64,000 bases of DNA, from NCBI GenBank assembly GCA_965248925.1, contig CBDFLE010000005.1:768001-832000 (forward strand), given 5' to 3'. The position numbers and the translations under genes were made by a program. Source of the DNA: Candidatus Multivoradales bacterium (lineage in GTDB: Bacteria; Acidobacteriota; Thermoanaerobaculia; Multivoradales; J023). Below the pieces are notes generated by a model. It saw nothing but the letters and a program-made list of their open reading frames with translations. It was not told where the DNA came from and searched no databases. Shown here one piece after another: positions 49,418 through 58,065 of the stretch (position 1 is its first letter; every line of letters begins with the position of its first letter).

Positions 49418-49924
49418 ATGAGTGAGTCACCAGAGGATCGCGTCCGCGTCGAAGTCAAAGGTTTGATGTTGGATCCAAATTCGAACGTACCGATAGTTAT
49501 TCTGCGGGAGGCTGGCGGTTCAGAGATCCTGCCGATCTGGATCGGCGTCTTTGAGGCCAACGCTATCGCCTTGTCGCTTGAGAAAATCGAGCCTACCAGG
49601 CCGATGACCCATGATCTGATTGCAAACTTGGTCGAGCAGATGGAGATCGACGTCTGTCGGGTGGTGATCTGCGATCTGCAAGAGAGCACCTTCTTCGCTC
49701 GCATCGATCTGCAGAGAGGCAGTCGGCCCGAAGTGTCGATCGATTCACGACCCAGCGATGCGATTGCCTTGGCCCTCCGAGTCGACGCTCTGATCTTTGT
49801 CACCCGAGGGGTCCTCGATCAGGCACGGGACGTTGACCTCAGCGATCAGCTCGGCGAGCGCAATAAGATCCGTAAGTGGCTCGAAGAGGTCGATCCCGAA
49901 GATCTTGGGAAGTACACCATGTAG
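49418..49924 (+). CDS. Bifunctional nuclease family protein (DUF151)
   Basis: LPIWIG..EA.AI, RPMTHDL, IDSRPSDAIALAL. Confidence 0.93.
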   Translation: MSESPEDRVRVEVKGLMLDPNSNVPIVILREAGGSEILPIWIGVFEANAIALSLEKIEPTRPMTHDLIANLVEQMEIDVCRVVICDLQESTFFARIDLQRGSRPEVSIDSRPSDAIALALRVDALIFVTRGVLDQARDVDLSDQLGERNKIRKWLEEVDPEDLGKYTM

Positions 49925-50017
49925 CTCCAAGCGGCCCCGGTCCCAGGCACCTTCGACAGCCACCATCTCCGTCGTTGTCAGCCACCTAAACCTTTAGACC
50001 GCAGCGACTTACCTCTA

Positions 50018-50035
50018 ATGTCGGCGCGCCGACAT
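50018..50035. promoter_or_regulatory. Perfect 18-bp palindrome upstream of parA (candidate non-canonical parS or operator)
   Basis: ATGTCGGCG|CGCCGACAT, intergenic, no loop. Confidence 0.6.
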
Positions 50036-50094
50036 CGGCCAATCCGAGGCGCCGGCCGCGCTTTCTTAGACCATCGTCCCCAGCATCGTCTCCC

Positions 50095-50124
50095 TTGACC
50101 GATGGGTCGCACAGCTCATATGCT
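50095..50124 (+). promoter_or_regulatory. Putative parAB promoter
   Basis: TTGACC-18 nt-TATGCT, 10 nt before the ATG at 50135. Confidence 0.55.
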
Positions 50125-50134
50125 GAGTTCTCCT

Positions 50135-50893
50135 ATGATCATTGCCATCACCAATCAAAAAGGCGGGGTGGGGAAGACCACCACCGCAATCAATCTCTCC
50201 GCCGCATTGGCGACCAAGGGTCTCAAGACTCTGCTGATTGACCTTGATCCCCAGGCCAACAGCTCGATGTCATTCGTCGATGTGCATTCTTTGGAGCGGG
50301 CGATCTACGATGTACTGACCGAGGATGAGGTCCATTTGGAAGATGTCGCGGTCGCAGCGGAGAAAGTTCCCAACCTATTCGTCGCCCCCTCAAGCATCAC
50401 CTTGGCGAAGATAGAGTCGAAGTTGCTCGGCGAACTCGACAGTCACTTTCGCCTCAAGGACGAGGTCGATCGGATCCACGATGACTACGACTTCATCATC
50501 ATTGACACGCCCCCGACCCTCGGCATCATCACCGTCAATGCGCTGGTCGCCTCGACCCATGTGCTGATTCCGATTCAGTCGAGCTATTTCGCCCTCGAGG
50601 GAACCGATGACTTGATCGAGACCATCGACAAGATCAAAGTGCGAGCCAATCCCAATCTGCAGATCCTCGGCGCGGTCATCACCCTCTACGACAAGCGCAC
50701 CATCTTGGCCCGCGATATCCGCCATGAAATCGGCAAAGTGTTCGGCGACAAGCTTTTTGAGACTTCGATCTCGAAGAGTGTTCGCCTTGAGGAAAGCCCT
50801 GCTTATCGTGAGTCGATTTTCACCTTCGCGCCTTCCTCCAGTGGCGCCTATGAATATTACAAGCTCTCTGAAGAGGTGCTGAGCCGTGTCTAA
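50135..50893 (+). CDS. parA: ParA/Soj family ATPase
   Basis: Deviant Walker A NQKGGVGKTT, DLDPQAN, IIDTPP, VRLEESP. Confidence 0.95.
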   Translation: MIIAITNQKGGVGKTTTAINLSAALATKGLKTLLIDLDPQANSSMSFVDVHSLERAIYDVLTEDEVHLEDVAVAAEKVPNLFVAPSSITLAKIESKLLGELDSHFRLKDEVDRIHDDYDFIIIDTPPTLGIITVNALVASTHVLIPIQSSYFALEGTDDLIETIDKIKVRANPNLQILGAVITLYDKRTILARDIRHEIGKVFGDKLFETSISKSVRLEESPAYRESIFTFAPSSSGAYEYYKLSEEVLSRV

Positions 50894-51776
50894 TTCCAGC
50901 TTGGACGCCAAGAAACGAGGCCTACCAGAACGGGTGCGAATGCGGCATACGCCGCACTTCGTTGAAGAACTGACCACCCGCAGCGAGCAGCCGGTGGGGA
51001 AGATGGTACCTATCGCGCTGGTCGAACCCGACCCCGATCAGCCTCGGTCGACCATGGGAGACCTCAGCGATCTGGTTGGTTCGATCCAAGACAAGGGCAT
51101 TCTCGAACCCATCCTCGTTCGTCCTTTCGGCGACCAGCGGGCTGGCAAGCCGCAGTACCGCATCATTAGCGGCGAGCGGCGTTTCCGCGCCGCGATGGAA
51201 GCCGGTCTGGTTGAAATTCCACTCATTGAGATGGAGGTCAGCGAGCAAGAAGCTCTTGAGATCGCCTTGATCGAGAACCTGCAACGCAAGGATCTAACCC
51301 CCTTTGAGGAAGCCGAAGGGTACTCATTCTTGAGTGGGCGGCATGATTACACCCACGAAGAAATCTCCCAAGCGGTGGGCAAGTCCCGCACCGTAGTGAC
51401 CGAGAGCCTGGCTCTGCTACAGATGCCACGCCGTGCCCGTGAGACCGCCCAGGCGCTGGGTATCCAGACCAAGTCTCTGCTACTCGAAGTTCTCAAGGTT
51501 GAAGACGAGGAGCAAATGATCCAGCTCTTGGAGCAGGTAAGTCAACGAGGTTTGAACCGCGACGACCTGCGCCGCCGGCATCGCGGAGCAGCCAAGCCCG
51601 GCACGCCGAAGCCAAGACGTAAGCCCTATGTCTTCAATTTTCGCGCCCCGGACAAAAGCTTCAGTCTGGCACTGAAATTTCGACAGGTGGACGTCTCGAA
51701 AGAAGATCTGATCTCCACGCTCGAGAACATCCTGACCGATCTGAGAACAACCAAAGAAGGTCCTGAAGGCGCCTGA
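50886..51776 (+). CDS. parB: ParB/Spo0J family CTPase with an atypical HTH
   Basis: PDPDQPR, GILEPILVR, GERRFRAA, IENLQRKDL, HTH GKSRTVVTESLALL. Confidence 0.92.
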   Translation: MSNSSLDAKKRGLPERVRMRHTPHFVEELTTRSEQPVGKMVPIALVEPDPDQPRSTMGDLSDLVGSIQDKGILEPILVRPFGDQRAGKPQYRIISGERRFRAAMEAGLVEIPLIEMEVSEQEALEIALIENLQRKDLTPFEEAEGYSFLSGRHDYTHEEISQAVGKSRTVVTESLALLQMPRRARETAQALGIQTKSLLLEVLKVEDEEQMIQLLEQVSQRGLNRDDLRRRHRGAAKPGTPKPRRKPYVFNFRAPDKSFSLALKFRQVDVSKEDLISTLENILTDLRTTKEGPEGA

Positions 51777-51823
51777 ACTGGCGCCGCCGTGTGCCAAGGA
51801 ACGGAGGGGTTCTCGTTAGTCCT

Positions 51824-51851
51824 AGTTGACATAATGTATCTTATCAGACTC
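51824..51851 (-). other. dif site (XerC/XerD chromosome-dimer resolution site)
   Basis: Minus strand GAGTCTGATAA-GATACA-TTATGTCAACT: 11-6-11 layout with inner ATAA/TTAT. The XerD-like arm matches E. coli TTATGTTAAAT at 9/11. Intergenic and AT-rich. Confidence 0.85.
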
Positions 51852-51933
51852 TAGAAATTAGCCCCTTGTGACCACCTTGGCGGGTACGAACTGCTCACCA
51901 GGCCGTCGCTGCCCAGCGTATAATCTCGACCGT

Positions 51934-54294
51934 ATGATCAAACGCCTGGACCGCTACATCTTCGCCGAGATCCTTGGGCCGCTGGCTCTCGGCTTCCTGG
52001 TCTGGACTTTCATCCTCGTTCTGCGCTACCTGTTTGAGATCGCCGAAATGGTGATCCGCCGCGGCGTGGGCTGGTCGACCGCTGGCGAACTGCTGTTGCT
52101 CTACCTGCCGAGCATCGTCGTGCTGACCATACCGATGGCTTTGTTATTTGGCATCTTGGTGGCCGTGGGTCGGCTGTCTGCCGAGAGTGAGCTGATCGCC
52201 ATCCGTGCCTCAGGGGTGAGTCTATTCTCCCTCTATCGACCGATCCTGGTGCTGTCGCTGGTGCTGGCGCTGACCAACGGCTACCTGATGCTCGAGGTGC
52301 TGCCGTACCAGAACCACGCTTTCTCGCGCCTGCGCTACGAGATTCTGCAACAGGGCCTGACCCGGCAGATCGAGCCGCGGGTGTTCTACACCGATTGGGG
52401 CAACCAGGCGTTCTACGTCTTTGAGACCCCTGCCGGTGAAGAGCGCTGGAAGAACACTCTGCTGACCAACAAGATCCCAGCTGGCGACCATCGGTTGGTG
52501 GTCGCCGATTGGGGTGCGGCGCAAACCAACGAGGAAAACGGCAAGGTAACCTTGACCTTCTGGAATGCGGTTGAGCACCAGGTTAATCTCACCGACCCCA
52601 CTGACTACCGCTATTCACGCCACGCAAAGCTCGATCTGGTGATCGACACCGGCCAGGATCGGCAGACTCGCAACTCGGTGAGTCGCAGCATGCGGGAGCT
52701 GGACCTCAAGGGGCTACGCCAGCGAGCACGCGACGCGGGGGCTTCTCCACTGGTCCGCAATCTAGCCCGGGTGGAAATGCATAAGCGCTTCGCCCTGCCC
52801 GCCGCCTGCGTGGTGTTTGCCCTACTCGGTCTGCCCTTGGGCTTTACTACCAACAACCGACATGGCGGGCGATCGTCCGGCCTGGTGTTGTCGATGGGCG
52901 TGATCTTGGTCTATTGGGTTCTGCTGACCATGGGCGAAGAGATGGCCGGCAACGGCCACTTACCGGGTTGGCTGGCGGCCTGGTTTCCCAATTTGGGCTT
53001 GTTCGCTGCTGGCTTGTTCATCATGGCCAGGCGCAACCGCGATCGCGGTTTGGCGTTGATCAATTTTTCCTGGATCAGGCGCTGGCTCGATCGCCGCAGT
53101 GAACGAGCCGAGAACCGCAGACGCAGTCGCCGCCAGGCTTTGATCTCGAAGCGCCAGAGTTCGCGCGCCGATTTGGTGTTGCGCCTGCCCAGCTTCCAGC
53201 TGCGTTTTCCCAACTCGATCGACCGCTACATTTTGAGCAGCTTCTTCCGCACCCTGCTTCTGGTCTGCATGGGTTGCTTGACGGTTTATATCGTTGCCGA
53301 CGTCACCGATAAAGTCGATGACATCTTGAAGAACGCCGTGCCCGGCAACGTGTTGCTGTCGTACTACCGATTCAAGATGTTGGCGATCATCTACGAGATT
53401 GCGCCGATCATTTTGCTGGTGACGACTTTGACCACCTTCGCCATGCTCAGCCGAAACAACGAAGTGACCGCCTGCAAGGCAGCCGGAGTCAGCCTCTATC
53501 GCTTGTCCTTGCCGGTGATCCTCGCCGCCGCCGGACTGGCCGGTCTCTTATGGTTGTTAGGCTCGGAGGTCCTGGCTGCTTCCAACGAACGGATGGCGGT
53601 ATTGCAAGCGCAGATCAAGGGTCGTGAGGCGGTGCCGCAGCATCAGCGGGCCGATCAACGTTGGCGTTTCGCTACCGACCAGAGGCTCTACAACTATCGC
53701 CAGTACGATGCCGGCAAGCAGCTGGTCAAGAATCTCCAAGTCCTGGAGCTGGACGATCGGCGTCACCTGGTGCGGCGCCTAGTGGCGGAAAGCGCGGCCT
53801 ACGCCGGCGATGGCTGGTGGGCGTTGAAGAACGGCTGGACGCGAGAATTCGGTGACCATCAGGTCACTAGCTTTGAGCGCTTCGATGACGTCAAGAAGGC
53901 TCGCCTGCCGGTTGAGCCCGAGTTCTTTCTGGGCGAGTTGCGCAGTCCCGACGAAATGAACTTCAGCGAGTTACGTCAGTATCTGACCGAGCTAGAGGCT
54001 ACCGGACAGCAAGAACCGGTCCTCGAAGTGGAACTCTACGACAAGATCGCCTACCCCACGATCTCACTGGTGATGGCGCTGGTTGCCCTACCCTTCTCCT
54101 TCTTGCTCGGCCGCCGCGGTGCACTCTACGGAATTGGCCTGGCAATCGTCCTCGGCATTGTTTTCCTCGCCTTGATGGCCACCTTCAAAGCGCTGGGCCA
54201 GGCGGCGGTCCTGCCACCGCTAATAGCTGTGTGGAGTCCTAGTCTGATCTTCTCGCTGTTGGCGCTCTATCTCTTCCTCGGCATTCGCTCCTGA
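51934..54294 (+). CDS. Fused LptF-LptG LPS export permease
   Basis: Two tandem YjgP/YjgQ units (LDRYI...GRLSAESELIAIRASGVS and IDRYI...LSRNNEVTACKAAGVS). Confidence 0.93.
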   Translation: MIKRLDRYIFAEILGPLALGFLVWTFILVLRYLFEIAEMVIRRGVGWSTAGELLLLYLPSIVVLTIPMALLFGILVAVGRLSAESELIAIRASGVSLFSLYRPILVLSLVLALTNGYLMLEVLPYQNHAFSRLRYEILQQGLTRQIEPRVFYTDWGNQAFYVFETPAGEERWKNTLLTNKIPAGDHRLVVADWGAAQTNEENGKVTLTFWNAVEHQVNLTDPTDYRYSRHAKLDLVIDTGQDRQTRNSVSRSMRELDLKGLRQRARDAGASPLVRNLARVEMHKRFALPAACVVFALLGLPLGFTTNNRHGGRSSGLVLSMGVILVYWVLLTMGEEMAGNGHLPGWLAAWFPNLGLFAAGLFIMARRNRDRGLALINFSWIRRWLDRRSERAENRRRSRRQALISKRQSSRADLVLRLPSFQLRFPNSIDRYILSSFFRTLLLVCMGCLTVYIVADVTDKVDDILKNAVPGNVLLSYYRFKMLAIIYEIAPIILLVTTLTTFAMLSRNNEVTACKAAGVSLYRLSLPVILAAAGLAGLLWLLGSEVLAASNERMAVLQAQIKGREAVPQHQRADQRWRFATDQRLYNYRQYDAGKQLVKNLQVLELDDRRHLVRRLVAESAAYAGDGWWALKNGWTREFGDHQVTSFERFDDVKKARLPVEPEFFLGELRSPDEMNFSELRQYLTELEATGQQEPVLEVELYDKIAYPTISLVMALVALPFSFLLGRRGALYGIGLAIVLGIVFLALMATFKALGQAAVLPPLIAVWSPSLIFSLLALYLFLGIRS

Positions 54295-54401
54295 GCACCT
54301 CGGGCTTGCGCGCGGCCACCGCCGCTTTTCGCCAGTTCTTCAGCGTACGCCTCTCGGCTGCAGTGAGGTTCAGACTGGTAGTTCCGCTGACTCTATCTAA
54401 C

Positions 54402-55082
54402 TCACTGAGCCGCCAGCAGTAGCTGGCTAGCGGCGGGGTGGTTGCCTCGGCGAGAAAAATCGATCGCTAGACGCCCATCCTCAGCGGCCAGAGCAGGTGA
54501 CGCACCTCGCTCCAGAAGGAGTTTCACCAGTTCTGTCTTGCCGCCCGCCGCTGCTTGATGCAGCGGCGAGATGCCTCCATGTTGTTGGCAATTTGGCGTC
54601 GCACCCGCATCCAACAGCAAGCGAGCGGTCTCGAGCCCGGAAGCAATTTCTGCGTTGGCTGCAGCGCTGTGAAGAGGCCGCACCTGCATCGGGTTTTGGG
54701 AGGGTCGGTCGACATCGGCCCCATTCTTCAGCAGCAGCTTGGCTGCCGCCGGCCGGCCGAAGAAGGCTGCAAGCCCAAGCGCCGAGAAGCCATCCGCAGA
54801 CAGCGCGTTGGCCAGATCAGGCGACGCTTCCAAGCAGTCGCCTAGGGCCGCGACGTGGCCTAATGCCGCCAGCTCGAAGATATCGAGAGGACGCTCGCAG
54901 GCAGCCAGTAGTTGCTCGGCCAGGGAAGTCTTCTGGTGGTAGAGCGCTAGCAAGATCAGGGACACGCCGGAGGCGTCGCGGGCACCGGCGAGTGTTTTGG
55001 AGTCTTGCAGCAGCTGATCGAGAGCCGGCGAATCGCCGTCACCAATCGCCCGCTTGGCAGCTGAGACATCATCTTCGCTCAC
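54402..55082 (-). CDS. Ankyrin-repeat protein
   Basis: GFSALGLAAFFG, PLHSAA, GISPLHQAA; AGGAGG RBS. Confidence 0.92.
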   Translation of the reverse strand: MSEDDVSAAKRAIGDGDSPALDQLLQDSKTLAGARDASGVSLILLALYHQKTSLAEQLLAACERPLDIFELAALGHVAALGDCLEASPDLANALSADGFSALGLAAFFGRPAAAKLLLKNGADVDRPSQNPMQVRPLHSAAANAEIASGLETARLLLDAGATPNCQQHGGISPLHQAAAGGKTELVKLLLERGASPALAAEDGRLAIDFSRRGNHPAASQLLLAAQ

Positions 55083-55123
55083 GGCTGGATCCTCCTATTT
55101 GATTAGTAGCACTGAAGATTATA

Positions 55124-55142
55124 TAGTTAGGTAGTCTAACTA
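55124..55142. promoter_or_regulatory. Inverted-repeat operator between the divergent ankyrin and marR genes
   Basis: TAGTTAG-N5-CTAACTA in an AT-rich spacer. Confidence 0.7.
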
Positions 55143-55154
55143 AACAAGTTTCAA

Positions 55155-55649
55155 ATGAACCTAGACAGAGAACACCCAGCCATGGACGCAGCCAATCCCC
55201 CTGACCTCGGTGACCAGGTCGACCTCTTCGAGCTTGCCGATCGCTTACACAGCGCGGCCATTGATCTGCTGCGCCGAGTGCGGCGAGACGATCCCGTCAC
55301 AGGACTCAGCTCGGCTCGTTTGTCCGCATTGTCGGTGATGGTGATCGCAGGGCCGCTGACTCTCGGTGAGCTAGCCCGGGCCGAGCAGGTTAGCTCCCCC
55401 ACCATCACCGGTCTGGTGAGAGGTCTGGAGAATCAGGGACTGGCGCGGCGGCGGCGGGACCCTGAGGATCGGCGAGTCTTTCGCATGAGCGCCACCGCGG
55501 CCGGCATCGAGTTGCTGCGTGCGGCTCGCCAGCGTCGACTGCAGCACCTGGCCAGCGAGTTGGCGCAGCGAACTGGAGAGCAGCGCAAGATCCTCAGCGA
55601 CGCTGCCAGCCTGCTGCTCGACGGCACCCTCGCCTCGCCATCGAAGTGA
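55155..55649 (+). CDS. MarR family regulator
   Basis: LGELARAEQVSSPTITGLVRGLE..GL..R..DPEDRR. The start may be 55182. Confidence 0.93.
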   Translation: MNLDREHPAMDAANPPDLGDQVDLFELADRLHSAAIDLLRRVRRDDPVTGLSSARLSALSVMVIAGPLTLGELARAEQVSSPTITGLVRGLENQGLARRRRDPEDRRVFRMSATAAGIELLRAARQRRLQHLASELAQRTGEQRKILSDAASLLLDGTLASPSK

Positions 55650-55687
55650 CGTGAACTCGGCGCTGGACTGCGCCGTCCAAGGATCTT

Positions 55688-57091
55688 CTAGCGGCGAAAC
55701 TTGGCAAGCTCTTCGATCAGCGGCTGACTGGCTAGATCGTCACTCAAGATCGCCACGAAAGGCTCGATCTCCCGATGCTGTATTTGAGTCGAGAGTTTCC
55801 AATAGAGGATACCCTGCAGAAGATTCGGGAATTCCTGCTGGCTGATTTGGCGCAAGGCAGCAATGGCATGCCAGCGCTCGGTGGGCTCCAGGGGCTGATT
55901 CTGCCAGACGATCAAGCGCTTCTCCGCCGCCAGCGGCTCTTCTCCCTCGGCAACAGCATCAGGCTCACCCCAGACGACGGTGAAGTTGTCACCCGCCCAC
56001 GGCGCCAAGGTGCTGTCGCGGCGTTCGGTGTAGCCCAGCTCGGTGAAGATCACCGGCATCTCGGCGATCCCTTCGCTGGCGCGGAAACTGTCGATTCCAG
56101 CCATTACTTCGCGCCAGCCTTGTTGCAACAGTGCTGGTAGCTGGTCCCGTTGGCTTTCGTCCAAGAAGCGCTTGCGCAGCGGGAAGTAGGCATTGATGCC
56201 TATCAGGTCGAGCTGCTCCCAGAAGCCAACTTGGTGGTACTGGTCGAAGTTGGCGGCGTAGGTGAGCTTGCCGGAGTAGACCTCGCGGGTGCTCTCGATC
56301 AACCACAGCCAGCATTCCTCGAGCAAGGCGCGGCGGCGGTTGATCCGTTGCAGGTGATCCTCGCCGCTGTAGGCGGTCATCTGCCCCGCCCAGCTCTCGA
56401 AGGTCTCGACCTTGGCGGCCAGGAAGTCGCCGACCGATTCGCTCTCCTCGGCAGTGCCATCAAGGCGGGCGCCAGCGGCGATGCCGGCCAGCACGTCCTG
56501 CTTGAACTCCGTCTGCTTCTCCGCATTGAGGTAGTACTCCTCGAGCACCGGGATCTCCTCGATCGGAATCGTCGAGGCCAAGGCGTTCATCTCGCTCGCG
56601 ATGCCCAACACGTCCACTCCCTCTGCCTCGGCGACTCGAGCCCACTGCTGGACGAAGCTGGTGTAACGCATGAACCAGCCGCGTATCTGCTCCTCGGTGC
56701 CGGGCATGATCATGCCGTGCCACAGATGGCTATTCGCCAGGTAAGTGTGATCCAGTGCCACCCGCAGGATCAGCACCACCTTGAGTCCGGCCTTTTTCGC
56801 CTGACGAATCTCATGCAGCACCCACTTACTGTCGGCATCGAACCACAGGTGGTCGGTGTTCCAATTGCCCTGGTGGGCGTAGACCGTGGCGGACACGGTA
56901 TTCATCCCCGCCGCCCGCAGGCTGGCCATCCACTGTGGGTGATCGGGCTCATTGACCTGAATACCGCCGAGGTAGAAAGAATCGTCGAGGGCAGGGGGCG
57001 CCACCGCTGCCGGTGCACCGCCACAGGCGCCGAGCCAAAGAAGAATGACGCCGGTCAAGACGGTCAAGCTGAGGGATGATCGTTGGTGCAA
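55688..57091 (-). CDS. Lipoprotein with a GH113/GTA TIM-barrel-like glycoside hydrolase domain
   Basis: Lipobox LGAC; ASEM, LTYAANFD, IGINAYFPL, FTELGY. Confidence 0.7.
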   Translation of the reverse strand: MHQRSSLSLTVLTGVILLWLGACGGAPAAVAPPALDDSFYLGGIQVNEPDHPQWMASLRAAGMNTVSATVYAHQGNWNTDHLWFDADSKWVLHEIRQAKKAGLKVVLILRVALDHTYLANSHLWHGMIMPGTEEQIRGWFMRYTSFVQQWARVAEAEGVDVLGIASEMNALASTIPIEEIPVLEEYYLNAEKQTEFKQDVLAGIAAGARLDGTAEESESVGDFLAAKVETFESWAGQMTAYSGEDHLQRINRRRALLEECWLWLIESTREVYSGKLTYAANFDQYHQVGFWEQLDLIGINAYFPLRKRFLDESQRDQLPALLQQGWREVMAGIDSFRASEGIAEMPVIFTELGYTERRDSTLAPWAGDNFTVVWGEPDAVAEGEEPLAAEKRLIVWQNQPLEPTERWHAIAALRQISQQEFPNLLQGILYWKLSTQIQHREIEPFVAILSDDLASQPLIEELAKFRR

Positions 57092-57381
57092 GGCTGCTGT
57101 CCTCCAGGCTGCCGGTCCATTCTGACGCTAGACAATAGCAGTCGAGGGAGCCGCTGGGGTGGCTGCCCTTGACCTGGCGACGGCGGATAATGCATGCTTC
57201 GCCCTCGGCGTTAGATCCACACGCCCAACCTCTCAGACCCTTCCTCAGCAAGGGTCCTCGCGGGGCAAAAGGAGGCATACTCCCGGATCTCCCGGATAGC
57301 TGCCGGATCGCTAACTCTTGCTAGGCCATCGATTTCGCTGCTGAGGAGCGTTAGCGTTGGCCTGGAAACAGGAGTTTGCTG

Positions 57382-58065
57382 ATGCCGAAGGACAAAGACC
57401 TGAAACGCCTTGCCCGCCAGCGCATGGAGAAAACTGGCGAGTCCTACACCACCGCCCGAGTCCAACTACTCGCCAGGAAAAGCCTCGACGGCGAACGGCT
57501 AGGCGAAGCAGAGCTAGCTGAACTCGCTGGCATATCAACCGCCGCGGTCCAGCGGGCCACCCAGCATGATTGGGGCTGGTGGCTTGAGCACCTGAACGCC
57601 GCTACTTGCCGCCAGCAAGAGCACCGCGAGATCGCTCAGTACGTCGCTCGTGAGTTCGCCATCTCACCCTGGTGGGCGCAGACCTTGACGGTCGGCATTT
57701 ACCGCATTGTCGGCCTCCGAGAAATCGGCCAGCGCCGCGAAGGTAGCTACGAAGCCAGCAATAGCAGAACTCTGCCAGTGCCGATTGAAATTCTCTTTCG
57801 CGACTTCGACGACGAAGATATTCGTCGTCTCTGGCTGCCAAAGGTCGAGTGGCAGGTGCGAAAATCCACCACCAACCGCTCGATCCGCCTCGACTGGCCG
57901 GGTGGATGCCGGGTTGACCTCTGGTTCACCGCCAAAGGAGATGCCAAGAGTAGCGTGCAGATTCAGCATCGCAAGCTGCCGGCGAAAGAAGAGGTCGTCA
58001 GGGTCAAAGGCGAATGGGCGCAGCGACTCGCAGCGCTGACCCGGTATCTGGACGGATCAAGCTGA
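57382..58065 (+). CDS. Hypothetical protein (basic N-terminal helix, WWAQ domain, SRPBCC-like C-terminus)
   Basis: AGGAG RBS; KRLARQRMEKTGESYTTAR; WWAQTLTV; IQHRKL...W. Confidence 0.75.
   Translation: MPKDKDLKRLARQRMEKTGESYTTARVQLLARKSLDGERLGEAELAELAGISTAAVQRATQHDWGWWLEHLNAATCRQQEHREIAQYVAREFAISPWWAQTLTVGIYRIVGLREIGQRREGSYEASNSRTLPVPIEILFRDFDDEDIRRLWLPKVEWQVRKSTTNRSIRLDWPGGCRVDLWFTAKGDAKSSVQIQHRKLPAKEEVVRVKGEWAQRLAALTRYLDGSS

Noticed and set aside
49925-51933. oriC or canonical parS beside parAB
   Set aside because: No TTATCCACA cluster or TGTTTCACGTGAAACA was seen; the AT-rich patch is explained by dif.
2596-52800. E. coli-type KOPS (GGGNAGGG) polarity toward dif
   Set aside because: Hits spotted by eye are mixed: 2596, 4131 and 52793 point toward dif, while about 19597 and 47236 point away. 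Too few to support polarity.
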